From NCBI RefSeq assembly GCF_009914755.1, contig NC_060928.1: a DNA stretch of 64,000 nt. One strand, 5' to 3'. Numbering within the stretch: position 1 is the stretch's first letter; each line of letters opens with the position of its first letter. The translations under genes and the position numbers were made by a program. The notes beneath the pieces are model-generated. The model saw nothing but the letters and a program-made list of their open reading frames with translations, was not told the DNA's origin and searched no databases. Positions 1 through 12,293 of the stretch are shown piece by piece. The stretch is from the human T2T-CHM13v2.0 reference genome, Homo sapiens.

Positions 1-176
1 TGTGTTCTCACTGTTCAATTCTCACCTATGAGTGAGAATATGCGGTGTTTGGTTTTTTGTTCTTGCGATAGTTTACTGAGAATGATGATTTCCAATTTCA
101 TCCATGTCCCTACAAAGGACATGAACTCATCATTTTTTATGGCTGCATAGTATTCCATGGTATATATGTGCCACAT
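1..176 (-). mobile_element. Young L1PA/L1HS-like LINE-1 3' fragment (end of ORF2), 5'-truncated
   Basis: ORF 15..248 ends in MEYYAAIKNDEFMSFVGTWMKLEIIILSKLSQEQKTKHRIFSLI, the L1 ORF2 C-terminus. The element continues off the window edge. Confidence 0.93.
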
Positions 177-777
177 ATACATAAACATATACATATGTGC
201 CACATATACATTGCATATAAAACAATGTATTGAGATTTCTTCAAACAAGTCTCATTTTCAAATATCTCTTGAGTTGGTATGAATGTAAGTATAGAGAATT
301 TCAGAAAAACAAAAGTGTCATTTACAACCCTTTGTTCATGCAGTTTCAATGCTAACAGTACTCTCCTGACATTAACTCAATGTGTTCCCAAGAAACTTTA
401 TACGTGTAGAAAAAGATAAAGGGAAGATGAAAGAAAAAGCATATTGGATAGTAACCTCATAGAAGAAAGGATATTAAATAATAAATGAATAAAATTTGTT
501 TACAATTTCAATAAATTACTTTTAAGAATCTACATATCCTTTAAACCATTTCTTCTTGGAATTTCCGTAATCTTACCTCTAACTTTCTACTTAATTCAAT
601 GTATGAATGGTATAATCAAAGTTAACATTTAAAAATCAGATTAAGAGAGAAAAAAATAGAAACTAGTCAATCCAAACAATACAAAAGTTTAAAAAGTAAA
701 GAAAAAAATGATGAGCAGATGACTTCTACAGTTGCCTACAATAATCAAAACTAAGTCTAGAAATCTAAAAATTAAAA

Positions 778-1070
778 TTTTATTTTATTTTGAGACAGGG
801 TCTCTCATTCACTCAGGCTGAAGTGCAGTAGCATGATCTTGGCTCACTGCAGCCTCAACTTCCCTGGGCTCAGGTGATTCTCCCACCTGCAGCTGCCTGA
901 GTAGCTAGGACTACAGGCACACAACACCACGCCCAGCTAATTTTTTTTCTTTGTAGAGACAGGGTTTTGCCATGTTGCCCAGGCTGATCTCAAACTCCTA
1001 GGTTCAAGCAATCCACCTGCCTTGCCTCCCAAAGTGCTGGGATCACAGGCATGATCCACCATGCCCAGCC
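778..1070 (-). mobile_element. AluJ-like SINE
   Basis: T-rich tail, then gagacagggtctc...cccaaagtgctggga...gcccagcc; dimeric Alu. Confidence 0.93.
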
Positions 1071-1709
1071 TAAAATTAAAAATTTAAAGTATTAGTAGAA
1101 GCTCAAGAAATTTAGGTTCATATTTTTATGAATAAACATGAATAGCAATGTTAATAACAATCTTAGCCCCAAGGCTGTAGAGGTATTTAACTTCCAGTCT
1201 AATTTCTAGCATGATATCTTCTTATACAGTTAGGCAGATTTTTTTGCAACACACTAGCACAGTAATGATCTCTAGGACACACAGTGAGACCACAGAGTTC
1301 ATTTACATTTACAAGTATATTTGGAAAAAGAACATAGTTCTTCATAGTAGGAACATTAAGCTAGTTTTTAGTTAACTGTCTTAAATATTCTATTGTGACT
1401 TGTGTATTTTTCATTAACATCAATTATTGCAAGATATTCCATAATATTAACTTCACTTCAAGTAGGTCACAAAGCAAATTACTGATCAAAGACAACTGAT
1501 GGGAACTCTGCAATTAGAAACTTTGGCCAATCAAACAAGGTGTTGATTCCAATTGCTTCCAATAATCACTTAGCTGGGATGCCTACCAAAAAAATTTTAA
1601 AAACAACCAATTTAAAAAAAAAAACACCGATTTTCTTTTTTATTATTACCATAGAATTATTACCATGTATTTATTTATTTAAATTCCCAAGAGAAGTTTC
1701 TTTCCTTAC

Positions 1710-1848
1710 TTGGGGAGTGTGCAGATAGGTGGTTTGGATCGAATGATTTCCTTGTTGACAAGCTCTTTCTCCAAGTCACCTCCAGCCAAACACCAAAGGT
1801 AATACACTTCTTCAATAGATCTTTCTGCCAGGTAATCATTATTTATAT
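1710..1848 (-). CDS. TBCK: TBCK coding exon (exon 11), 139 nt: [45 protein letters not shown](N)
   Basis: Acceptor taatAG|AT ATA, donor CCC AA|GTAAGG. Open frame matching the TBCK post-kinase linker as recalled. Confidence 0.96.
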
Positions 1849-1956
1849 CTATTAAAAGCAAATTTAAGGAATCATTGTATTATATTTTCTACTTTTATTA
1901 AACGTCAACAGGCAGTAATAGCTGCCATTCTAAAAAAAATAAACTCTGAAGAACAG

Positions 1957-2690
1957 ACTTCCAGTTCCTAGTTCTGATTGTAGGGAGCCTGAAATTTGCT
2001 ACTCCATCCTAACAACAAATAAAAAGTTGAACAGACTGAAAAATCAACAATTCTTGGATCTGTAAGAGAGGTGAGGACATAGGACAAACTTCTGTCCCCA
2101 GGACTGGAGACAGAGAGGAGAATAAAGGGAGCTATGGCATTCTGGAACAGACATTCATGAGCAGTGCCTCAGAAACCAGTGCCAAGTTTGGAAAACCTAA
2201 ACTGTAATTGATAAATTACTGGAGGCTCAGTGTGGACAAGTCTGAGAGTTAAAAACTCCAGAGGGAACCAGTCAAAAGGGATAGCCCCACACTTTTGTGA
2301 GTCTGGAGACTGACAAGGTTCTCACAGTAAATATTGGAGGAAAATGCCCTTATGTTTCCAGCAGTGGCAGAGGAAATGTAACCATTCTGAAATACAATGA
2401 GCACTGTTCTTAACAAGGTCTGTCTTCAGGATAAACCGGTTAGTCAGAGGCTAACTCACTTAGATAATATCAGAGCCTAACTGACCTGGAGAGGGGAAAT
2501 ACCAAAATGCAGCCAGCTCTAGCCTTCTATGTGGTGGTTAAGGTATGGGGAACAGAAGCATTCTGTAGTCAGTCCTACAATTTAGGTCTCAATCTTTAAG
2601 TGAGCCAGTCACTCTAGACAAAGTGTTTCCTTGCCCTTAAGGGGTGGCTAGAACGAGTTGGAGCTTGATATTTCCCCTCTCCTACTGGAG
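1957..2690 (+). mobile_element. Old L1M (L1MD-like) 5'-end fragment, possibly partly rearranged
   Basis: gacttccagttcc...cctaacaacaaataaaaagttgaacagactgaaaaatcaacaa and cagagcctaactgacctgg...ggggaaatacc resemble L1MD 5'UTR motifs (from recall). Confidence 0.55.
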
Positions 2691-3887
2691 GTATGCCATG
2701 ACTGGCAGATTCTGATTCAATTTTTGTAATAATTTGAATGCTCCCGACTGAAAATAATATACTACTAAAAGTGGCTTATATAATAAAGACATTTATTCAT
2801 CTCTGTTAATAAAATCATAGGTACAGGAGGGGCCTATGCTTATCAAAATTCTAGACCATTTTCTGCATTCAGAAGAGAAGAAAGTGGTGAACCTATGCTG
2901 CAGTACCTTTCTTGACAAGAAAATTTGTTTTTTCCCTATAAGTAGCCCTTATGTCCAGCACTTTCATTTAGATCCCATTAGCCAACTCTAGTTCACAAGC
3001 TTACTGCCCATAGCAAGGGAAACTAGAAAAAAACATCTGGAATTTTCACCCTTTATAATGAATACATAGTATTGGAAATTTTACACTCTATATTGGAAAA
3101 GGAATAAGGGGAGAAAATAGCACATGGGGAGGCAACCAACACAAATTGTTCCTTCCCTCATATCTCAAGGCAACGGCTGGCTGCCTTTTCTGAAGTCTTC
3201 CTTGATGTCCCAGACAGAAATACAGAATTAGGTGCTCCTGCTATGCTGCCATTGTGCTATATTCATATTGACCTTCATTTATAACAGTGATTGTATAATT
3301 AAATGTCTGTCTGCCTTCCCATTTGGCATGAATGTTACTTAAAGATACAGTATGTGACACATACCAGGAACTCAATAAATGTTTAATTGAATGAATGTTT
3401 AGTAACCATTTTCTGCTATGACTTAAGTCATAACAACTTTTCAGAATAAAGGTAACTGGTGTCACTAAACCTTACATTCCAAGAGTCGTAATCTTCACAC
3501 AAGAATTAAAAGTCTAAAAGCTGATATTCTCTTCAATATGCAGAATATAATGATATATAATTCTTATCAATAATATTATTTTTAGAGATCATTTATAAAT
3601 AAATTATATAGAATATCAGTAACTTAAATAGAAAGGATAAACTGTTAGCTCAAATGTGTGTGTTTATGTGTATTCTAGCCACTCCTTAAGGGCAAGAAAG
3701 CACTTGTTTAAAGGCTAGAGGCACAGGCTCACTTAAAGATTCAGAACTAATCACAGGATTGACTACAGAATGCTTCTGTTAACTTTAACCACCACACAGA
3801 AGGCTAGAGCTGGCTGCAATTTGCTATTTCCCCTCACCAGTTCAGTTAGGCTCTGATATTATCCAAGGAAGTTAGGCTCTGACTAAC
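2439..3887. repeat. Inverted repeat: arms 2439-2653 and 3673-3887, spacer about 1 kb
   Basis: The reverse complement of 3673-3887 aligns by eye end to end with 2439-2653, e.g. gataatatcagagcctaactga, tgcagccagctctagccttct, aacagaagcattctgtagtca, ttgcccttaagg. Confidence 0.92.
3185..3398 (+). mobile_element. L2 3' fragment
   Basis: Ends ...acataccaggaactcaataaatgtttaattgaatgaatg, a typical L2 tail. Confidence 0.7.
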
Positions 3888-3919
3888 TATATATATATAT
3901 TTGTGCGTGGGTGCATGTA

Positions 3920-4068
3920 CTTTGTTTTTTGTTGTTGTTGTTGTTTTTTGTAGAGACAGGATATCTCTACGTTGACCAGGCTGGTCTCAAATGGCTGGCC
4001 TCAAGTGATCCTCCCTCTTTGACCTCCCAAAGTGCTGGGATTACAGGCATGAGCCACTGCACCCAGCC
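3920..4068 (-). mobile_element. FLAM / Alu left monomer
   Basis: (TTG)n tail, then gtagagacagg...cccaaagtgctgggattacaggcatgagccactgcacccagcc. Confidence 0.88.
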
Positions 4069-4222
4069 AGTCAGTTATATTTTAATCACTTCCAGAATTG
4101 TCTCTTAATTCCCATGATCCCACCAATATATATTGTTGATAAGTTCAAAACTGAAAGTAGGACAAGGAAACTTCTTTAAAAACAAGGCTCATATTATTCT
4201 CTATGCTTTAATTTATCATTAC

Positions 4223-4371
4223 CTTTACACAACTGACTGATATCCTCAGGCAGAGTTAAATCAGCACATCTCAGAGAAGATGAAAACAGACTGGCAGGTT
4301 TGGTAAAGGGGGTATATAAAGGTGATACCTCACTGAATACTTTGTCCTTCATTAATTCATCTGGGGTTGGC
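4223..4371 (-). CDS. TBCK: TBCK coding exon (exon 10), 149 nt: [49 protein letters not shown](D)
   Basis: Acceptor tctcaAG|G CCA, donor AAA G|GTAATG. Peptide is contained in ORF 4194..4382. Confidence 0.96.
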
Positions 4372-5282
4372 CTTGAGAACATTTAAAATACAGAGCATGA
4401 ATGAAAGTCATAAAAAATTTCCTAGAATAATGGCATACATTCAAGAGAATGGATAAAAGTCTTAAATACCTCATTAGCACAGAAAATAATACAGCTCTCT
4501 TTTGCAGAGTCTAGATGCATACTTTTATATTATAATCAAATAACTGTGAGTAAATACTGAATTTTTTTTACTTATGTTGTACTTTACCTCATGATGTATC
4601 AAAAATATCATTCCATAAAAGCTTCTGCATTGTTTACTTTTACCCTGACTAGCATTCACCTGCTTTACTGAATATCTTAAATAATTAAATAATATTTATG
4701 CAAACTATTATAATAATACCATTTGGCTTTTCTTCCTGTCCTTTAATGTGGTACATTGACACAAAACTATTTCTCTCTAACATGTCTTGATAAAGTTGTT
4801 TTTCTAAAGGCAAATTTGTATACATTATTTTCAAACATTACATAGTAAAGGAATTTAGGGATAGCTGTATGACTAGTAGTGACATCATCAAGTCAAAGTC
4901 AATTAATGAAACTTCTAAGAAATCCTTTTTTATTGTCAACAATTGTTAGTTTATCACACCACTGATCCAAGTTCATTGCTATAATACATATTGACAACAA
5001 ACTTTTATTCTCATTTCACTGATGTTATTATTGGGTCTAGGAATACCTACATTCCATAGTTTAGTTAATATTCTATTTAAAAGCTTGAAAATGAACTAGT
5101 AACTTCTTTAGTGTATGTCAGTTTTCTGACCGTAGTTTAACTTTAATTACTTTTTCATTAATTCACAAAAAATGAAAGCTTACATCATTCACAGTTATGA
5201 TACTGATGTCAATTATATACTACTCCATATGTACATTATCTTTAATCCATTATATTAAAACAAGAAAAAAACCAATTGCTTA

Positions 5283-5414
<132 letters not shown>

Positions 5415-5618
5415 TTAATTAAAATGATCAATTTTAGAAATATACTTTATTCAAATGTTTGCTAATCTAGAAGTTTTTGATGTTTTTAAAGTTTTTATTT
5501 GTACTTTATACAAATTTAGTCACTGTGAAAAAGCAAATACTTAAAGAGAAATAAGCATTGCTTTAAAATAGCTTCCAACTGGATCCCAAGTGTGTAAAAT
5601 AAATTTTCATTCACAGAT

Positions 5619-5988
5619 TGCTATGGTTTGAATGTGTTCCCTCCAAAGTTTAGGCTTCATGAACTTTGAAACTTAATGGCCAATGTGATGGTATTAAGAG
5701 GTGAGGCCTTTAAGAAGTAATTAGGTCATAAGGGCTCTTCCCCTGGTGAATGGCATTAAGAGGCTTATAAAGGTGAGACCTCACATAGCAATTGCCTAGC
5801 TTGCCCTTCTGCCTTGTAAGGACAGTGTTTCTCTCTCAGAAGACTGCAGCCCTCACCAGACGACCAAACGTACTGGTGCCTTTAACTTGGACTTCCTAGT
5901 TTCAATAACTGTGGAAAAATAAATTTTTGTCTTTATAAGTTACCCAATATCAGGTATTTTGTTATAGCAGCACAAATGGACTAAGACC
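5619..5988 (+). mobile_element. MST-family MaLR solo LTR with 5-bp TSD cagat
   Basis: Starts tgctatggtttgaatgtg and ends gttatagcagcacaaatggactaagacc. cagat occurs at 5614-5618 and 5989-5993. Confidence 0.9.
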
Positions 5989-6004
5989 CAGATTAATGAC
6001 AAAC

Positions 6005-6066
6005 CTTTATAATGTCCAAACAACCATGCTCTTCAGCCAGAACTATTAAAGTGTCATCTACACAAT
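6005..6066 (-). CDS. TBCK: TBCK coding exon (exon 8), 62 nt: CVDDTLIVLAEEHGCLDIIK
   Basis: Acceptor ttatAG|AT TGT, donor ATA AAG|GTTTGT. Frame is continuous. Confidence 0.95.
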
Positions 6067-6381
6067 CTATAAAACAGAAAAACTATATGAATAAATGCTA
6101 TTTTTCTAATCTGTCCAACAAACCAGAAAATAAACTGATCAAAAATGTTTTAATGGAGTAATGCAATTTTGAAACTTAAAATACTGAAAACTTTATCATT
6201 TTGTTAAATTTCTTTACATGTTTTGATAAAAATGAAAAGCTTCAGATAAATACTAATTGAATAACTGACACTGAAAGATACCAGCTTAAATAGTTTGATA
6301 AAGGAGCAATTCCTTTACAAGGAAGGTAAAGATACTCTAGCTCTCTCTGTCTCTCTCTAAATATACACATGCAGACACACA

Positions 6382-6612
6382 TAGCTGACCCTTGAACAAC
6401 ATGGGTTTAAACTACACAGGTCCACTTATATGTGGATTGTTTCCAACCAAACATGGGTTGAAAATACAGTATTTGTGGATGCGAAATCTGCATGTATGTA
6501 GGACCGACTTTTCATACACATGGGTTCTGTGGGGCTGACTGTGGAACTTGAGTACACATGGATTTTGGTACATGTGAGGGTGCTAGAACCAATCCTCTTC
6601 AAGAACTGACTG
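6382..6612. mobile_element. TcMar-Tigger MITE (MER2/Tigger2-3-like)
   Basis: Tigger TIR-like start agctgacccttgaacaac and internal gaaaatacagtatt...ggattttggta. Confidence 0.75.
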
Positions 6613-7501
6613 TATGTAAACAGCGCTTTTTAAGAAGGCTTTGTAGTTTTGTTTTGTTTTTTCATGATTACAAGACTAACTTATTTTTATTGTACATAAT
6701 TTGGAAAATGTACTTACATTTATTTGGGAATTTAAAGTAAAAAGTTTAGGTTACAGACCACATTTAAGAATCTCCAAGGCTTCTTAATAGCTGTAGTATC
6801 AATCTTTGTAATTAAATGTGGTAAATCTGGTAAAACTTTTGCAAATTTATTTATAATTCATTATTATTTAATGTTTACTAATACTTTCCTGTACATATTC
6901 TTATTTGTAAATGTTTTTAACTTGGATACTAATCTGTCACTCTTTTGCATAAAGTGTTCTATCACTGTTTTTCTCTCCTTAATTACCAAACATGCTTAAT
7001 TAATTCCACTCCAAAGTAGATTACATAAATTTTTATTAATTTGAATTATACATGTTTAGATCCACATACATGAAAATTCATATGAGCCTTTTATAAGGAA
7101 AAATCAATATTCTTCTTGAGTTGTTATTTGTACATGATTCATCAAATAGAAAGATAGCCCAAAAGTTAAGATACATTGTCTGAAGGTAAACTGCTACAGA
7201 AATACAATTTTATATTCTCATTTTGATTTCACAAGTTAATTTACTTGGCTAGATAATAAAGCTGAGATTATTTCCATCTAGGTTAAAATTCCTCAGAGAA
7301 TAAAGAAATTTCTGCTGTAATATTTTAGAAGGGACCTCATATGCTGTTCTGCTGATCATTACCACTGATCATTAGCAACTTGAGTAAAGGGAGGATATTT
7401 CAGTGTACTCACTATTTCAAAAGAACACATCCTCAATGTGCATGATTACTAATAGTAAGTTATATTTATATTTGAAAGATAAGCAATTGTACGACACTTA
7501 C

Positions 7502-7562
7502 CCAAAGTAAGCAAAAATTTTAGTCTTTCAGAAATATCCAAGCTCTGAAATAATTTTCTTCC
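7502..7562 (-). CDS. TBCK: TBCK coding exon (exon 7), 61 nt: GRKLFQSLDISERLKFLLTL(D)
   Basis: Acceptor atttAG|GGA, donor TTG G|GTAAGT. Frame is continuous with neighbouring exons. Confidence 0.95.
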
Positions 7563-8199
7563 CTAAATAAAATGAGAAAAGAAATTTCTATTAATATTTA
7601 CATGTTTTTTCTAGGAAGGCATTTTTCTCCCCTTATAGCTGAAACTGATTTTATCAGGCATCTTTATTTATCTCCAAAAGTTTTAATGGATTTTTAAAGT
7701 CAGCTCCACTAAAGAAAAATTACTGGTGAAATAACATTTTAGAAAGTGTTGCATAATAGTTATCATTTAAACATTTTATACATCTAAGGGTCATTACATT
7801 CTAGTTTGATGTAAGCATTGTTCACTTTTGAGATCCACACATACCTGGATATCTAGATGTATTCCAGGCCATATGGAGTCTTACTTTATTGAGACCAAGA
7901 TGCCTCCTGGGTAAGACTGATTATACTCTTTCGCCTACCGAGCTAATTCTTACTTAAATATCATGATTCGGTTAGTCTGTTTCTCCATTAAAAAAACTTC
8001 ATAACACTCCTTCCTCTTACCACAATAACTTCAGACAGCCATCCTTCATGCTCCTACAGCACCTGGTATATTTTAAGATGCACACATTATATTTTAATTA
8101 TTTCCTTACTAGTCTGCCTCAGGAGGCTCCTTAGTATAAGGTCTGGAGTCAAACACTTATACCTTCAGCATTTATGAGTTGAGCAATGATTGTGTGCCA

Positions 8200-8372
8200 A
8201 ATTGGACTCTTCCACCATCAAATAGTTATATAAATTTGGCAAACTACTTAATACCACCTGAAGTTTCACTTTTCTCATCTGTAAAATTAAAATATTAACT
8301 GTAGATATACCACAGGTTATGGTGAGGGTTATGTAATGCAGAATATGCTTCATTAATGTTGGCTATCATTAT
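8200..8372 (+). mobile_element. MIR SINE
   Basis: MIR core tttctcatctgtaaaat...cacaggttatggtgagg. Confidence 0.75.
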
Positions 8373-8931
8373 ATTTCTCTTATCATAAACAAATTAAGCT
8401 TATATGATCATTTAAATAAACTTAGAAGGAAAAGGCTTAAGATTACCTGGTGTTTATAGAAAAAAGAGATGCTTTGATTTTTTTTTAATAGAGAAGAAAA
8501 AATGTTCTTAAACACTTACCAAATCAGAACTACAGGTAGAGTTCATTGAAAAAAAGCTGCTATTCTTCTCAATCTTACATTACTGTCATATCAATCTTCT
8601 AAAAATGTAGTTTTCATTTCAATATCTTGTTAAACTTTTAATGGTACTCCATATATCTTATATAACTTAATATAAACATCTTAACTTTGTAAAAATATAC
8701 ACATTATAGAGATATCAAAATAATATACATCTGGTAACATTTACATTCACACTTAGTAAAAGTATGTTTCCAGAGATGCCAAAAAATATGTGAAATTATC
8801 AAACATGATTAAGTCAAATTAAGCCTTTTCTCCTCATATGTAATTAATTTGTACAGCAAAAACATACTATTATTAACTTTCCTCTCCAAAAGATTATTCC
8901 AATAAATGCACAATTTCCTTTTATTATATTA

Positions 8932-9120
<189 letters not shown>

Positions 9121-9439
9121 TTACAACAGGGAAAGAAGCGATAGTACATTTTTACAATCAATGTGGTAAGATCTATGTAAAAGTCTCATGCAATTAAATT
9201 AACAACTGTTGCTAGAAAGCATTCTAAACTAACCATCATAATACAGAACTTTAATGTCAAGGAATCAAGAGTAAATATACACAAGTCTGAAATAGTTTTA
9301 AAACCTTCATGTCTCCCTCCAGCATTAGCTCCTTTATTTGCTTCTCTCTGTGTTTTTAACACAGTCCTCTAGGCTTCCAAGTGTTTTTCCTTCCTTCTTA
9401 TTGCCTATCTTCCCTTAACGCTGAATTAATATTTAAAGT

Positions 9440-12285
9440 GCATTTTATCTTTTAAAAAAGTATTTATTTTTAGTAGTAAGAATGTTAATGCTATAAAAAA
9501 GATACAAATTGAAAAGTAAAACTCCTATCTCTACACCCCTGTCATCCATACATATTTATGTATATATAACTTTGTCCACCCATCACCTCTGCCCCACATG
9601 GTGGAATACTATACATATTGCTATATACCTTTTTTCCACTTAAAGTGTATTTTAGAGATTGTTCTTTAAAAACACAAGTATAGAGTTTCCTCATTCTTTT
9701 TGAAAACTCCCAATAATTTCATTGATGTACTTAATTTGATGAAACAAAAACATTTTGGAACTTCCATTCTTTTGCTATTACCAATAATGAGATGAATATA
9801 TTATGACTATTACATATCCCACAAGTATATGCATATAAATGACAGATATATTCTTAGAAGTGGCATTCCAAGATCGTAAGGTATGTGCATTTTAAATTTT
9901 GATTTACCACACCAAGTTGCCCTTTGGGGAGGTTGTATCAATTTATATTGTCATAAGTAATACATGAGGGTGCCTATTTCCTCACAACTTCACTGACATA
10001 AAACGTTTTTTGAAAACCGGTTTAGCAAATATTGAATAAATGCAAAACACTGCCTATTAAATATGAATAAGGCATAAAGAAGAAAGCTTCAATGAACACC
10101 CATGTACCAAGAAGCAGTTTAAGTGAAGAACATAAAATTATCACCAAAAGTCCCTTTGTGCTTCTCCCTGATTGTATCTCCACCCCTGTTCCTCCAGAGA
10201 AGACACCTGGAATTTTTGTGTTTGTCATTCTCTTCCATTTCCTGATGGTTTTACCATGTTTGTATCCCTAAAAAATGTACTGTTTAGTCAAGCATATTTC
10301 TGAACTTTATAACACTGGAATTAGGATGACTGTATTCTTTTGCTCTTTCAATCAAGATTATCTATATTGTTGGATGAAGCTATATCCATTAAATTCTTAT
10401 TTCTATTATATGAACATAACATTATTTATACATTCAAATGGCAATGGCATTTAAGCTGTTTCCTGCTTTTTATTATTAACATTATGAACAACGTTGCACA
10501 GAATGCCATGTATGGTATACATCTGCAAAAGGTTCCCAAGGTTAACAACCTAGACCCAAATTTCTAAGCCATAGGATATGTGCACTTTCTACTTCATTAC
10601 ACAATGCCAAATGTTTTTCAAAACAAGTTATACCAATCTATACACTTGCCAGCAGTGAATGACTGTTCCTATTGTTTTACTTCTTCACCAACACTTGATA
10701 TTTGACAGACTTTTTAATGTTTAACAATCTGGTATATAAAATCTATTGTGGTTTTACTTTGCATTTCCTTGAAAATTAATGACATTGAGGCATATGTTCA
10801 TATGTTTATTAGTCATTTGGGTTTATTATTGTGTGATATGCCCATTCAAGACTTTCGCTTATTTCTCTAGTTGTTTTGGGGTCCCCAAGACCACTCTCAT
10901 GTTTAGAAATTCACTAGAAGGACTTACAAGACTTAGCAAATAAGTGTACTCACAGCTAAGATTTATTACAGTGACATAGTAAGGGCATAGCTGGATCACA
11001 AGGGACAAAGATAGAGAGGGAGTCTCCAGGAACCTATATACAGGCTTCCTTATGCTCTCTCCCTCCTATCAGGGATCACACAGAATACATTCTTCTTCCA
11101 GCAACAAAAATATAGCACCACGTATGTGATGTATCTTTCATTTTCTTTTCTTTCTTTTTTTTTTAACTTCTTTCCAATCTTGAAGAACAAATGTTATGTG
11201 ATGTTTCTGGCCAGAGAAGCTCATTGAAAATCCAAGGATTTTATTTGGGACTTGTCACACAGGCACTCTCTGCCTGGCATGTACAAAAATTCAAGAACTC
11301 AAGAAGGAAAGCAAGTGTTCAGCATAAACCACTTTGGTTGTTTACAAGCACAGTAAACTAGCCTCAGCAGTTAGGCATCCATGGGGACATTTCTGCAACC
11401 CAAGTTTCAAGGCAACAGCCAAGGGCAAACATTGCTAGCAGGACTTAGTTTCTAAGGATAGCAGTCTTAGGCTTCCTATGATAATCTTTTACTGCACAGT
11501 TGTTCTTTAACTCCAGATACTAATGTCTTCTTCAGTAATTATGACTTGAAATATTTTCTACCACTCTGTGGTTTTGTCTTTTCTTTCTCTTTACGGTATC
11601 TGTTTATGAATGAGAAGTTCTTATCTTTCAGTTGAATTAAACTTTTTTCCTTATACTTAATGATTTTGTCAAAATAATCTGTTAATTTTCTCAAAATTTC
11701 AGTTTAGCCTTTTATATTTAAGTTTCTTGATTCATCTAGAATTCATTTTTCATATGATGTCAGACAAGGTACAACTTATTTTCCTACATAAATAAGCAAT
11801 TGAGCCCTGTTCCCTTTATTGAAACCTCTTTCTCCCCAAGTAGTGCCAGCCGTATACTAAATCAAATCTCCACACATACATAGGTTTGTTTCTTGGCTCC
11901 CTCAACTGTTCATTTGGTCAATTTGCCTAAGAGTATACTATTACACTATTTTAAATAAAATATTTTTATATAAAATATATTTTATTAAATAATTACTGAA
12001 AATTGTTAAGAGCTCTCAAAACATACATACCTTTTAGTTTCTCTTTGGGAAAATGCAGGCTCTTTGTAGGTGTTTGTTCTTCTCTACATACATTTTAAAA
12101 CTATCTTGCCAAGTATCTTCTCTTTCACATACTGAATTTTTATTGAAAATAGATAAGATATAAAGACAGGTTGTAGAGAACTAACATCTTTACAATACTA
12201 ACCCTAACAATCTATAAACATGATATCTCCATATTTATTTAGGTCTTCTATAATGTCTCTCAAAAAGATTTATATTTTTTCCATA
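9440..12285 (-). mobile_element. Degraded old L1M(E) fragments, interrupted by an LTR
   Basis: Antisense L1 motifs, e.g. tttgctattaccaataatg, gtggttttactttgcatttcc, gagaactaacatctttacaata. Boundaries approximate. Confidence 0.6.
10872..11498 (-). mobile_element. ERVL LTR (MER68/MER77/MER21 group)
   Basis: ggggtccccaagaccac...cagctaagatttattacag at one end and ctaaggatagcagtcttaggc...tgcaca at the other. Confidence 0.75.
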
Positions 12286-12293
12286 AAGGAACA

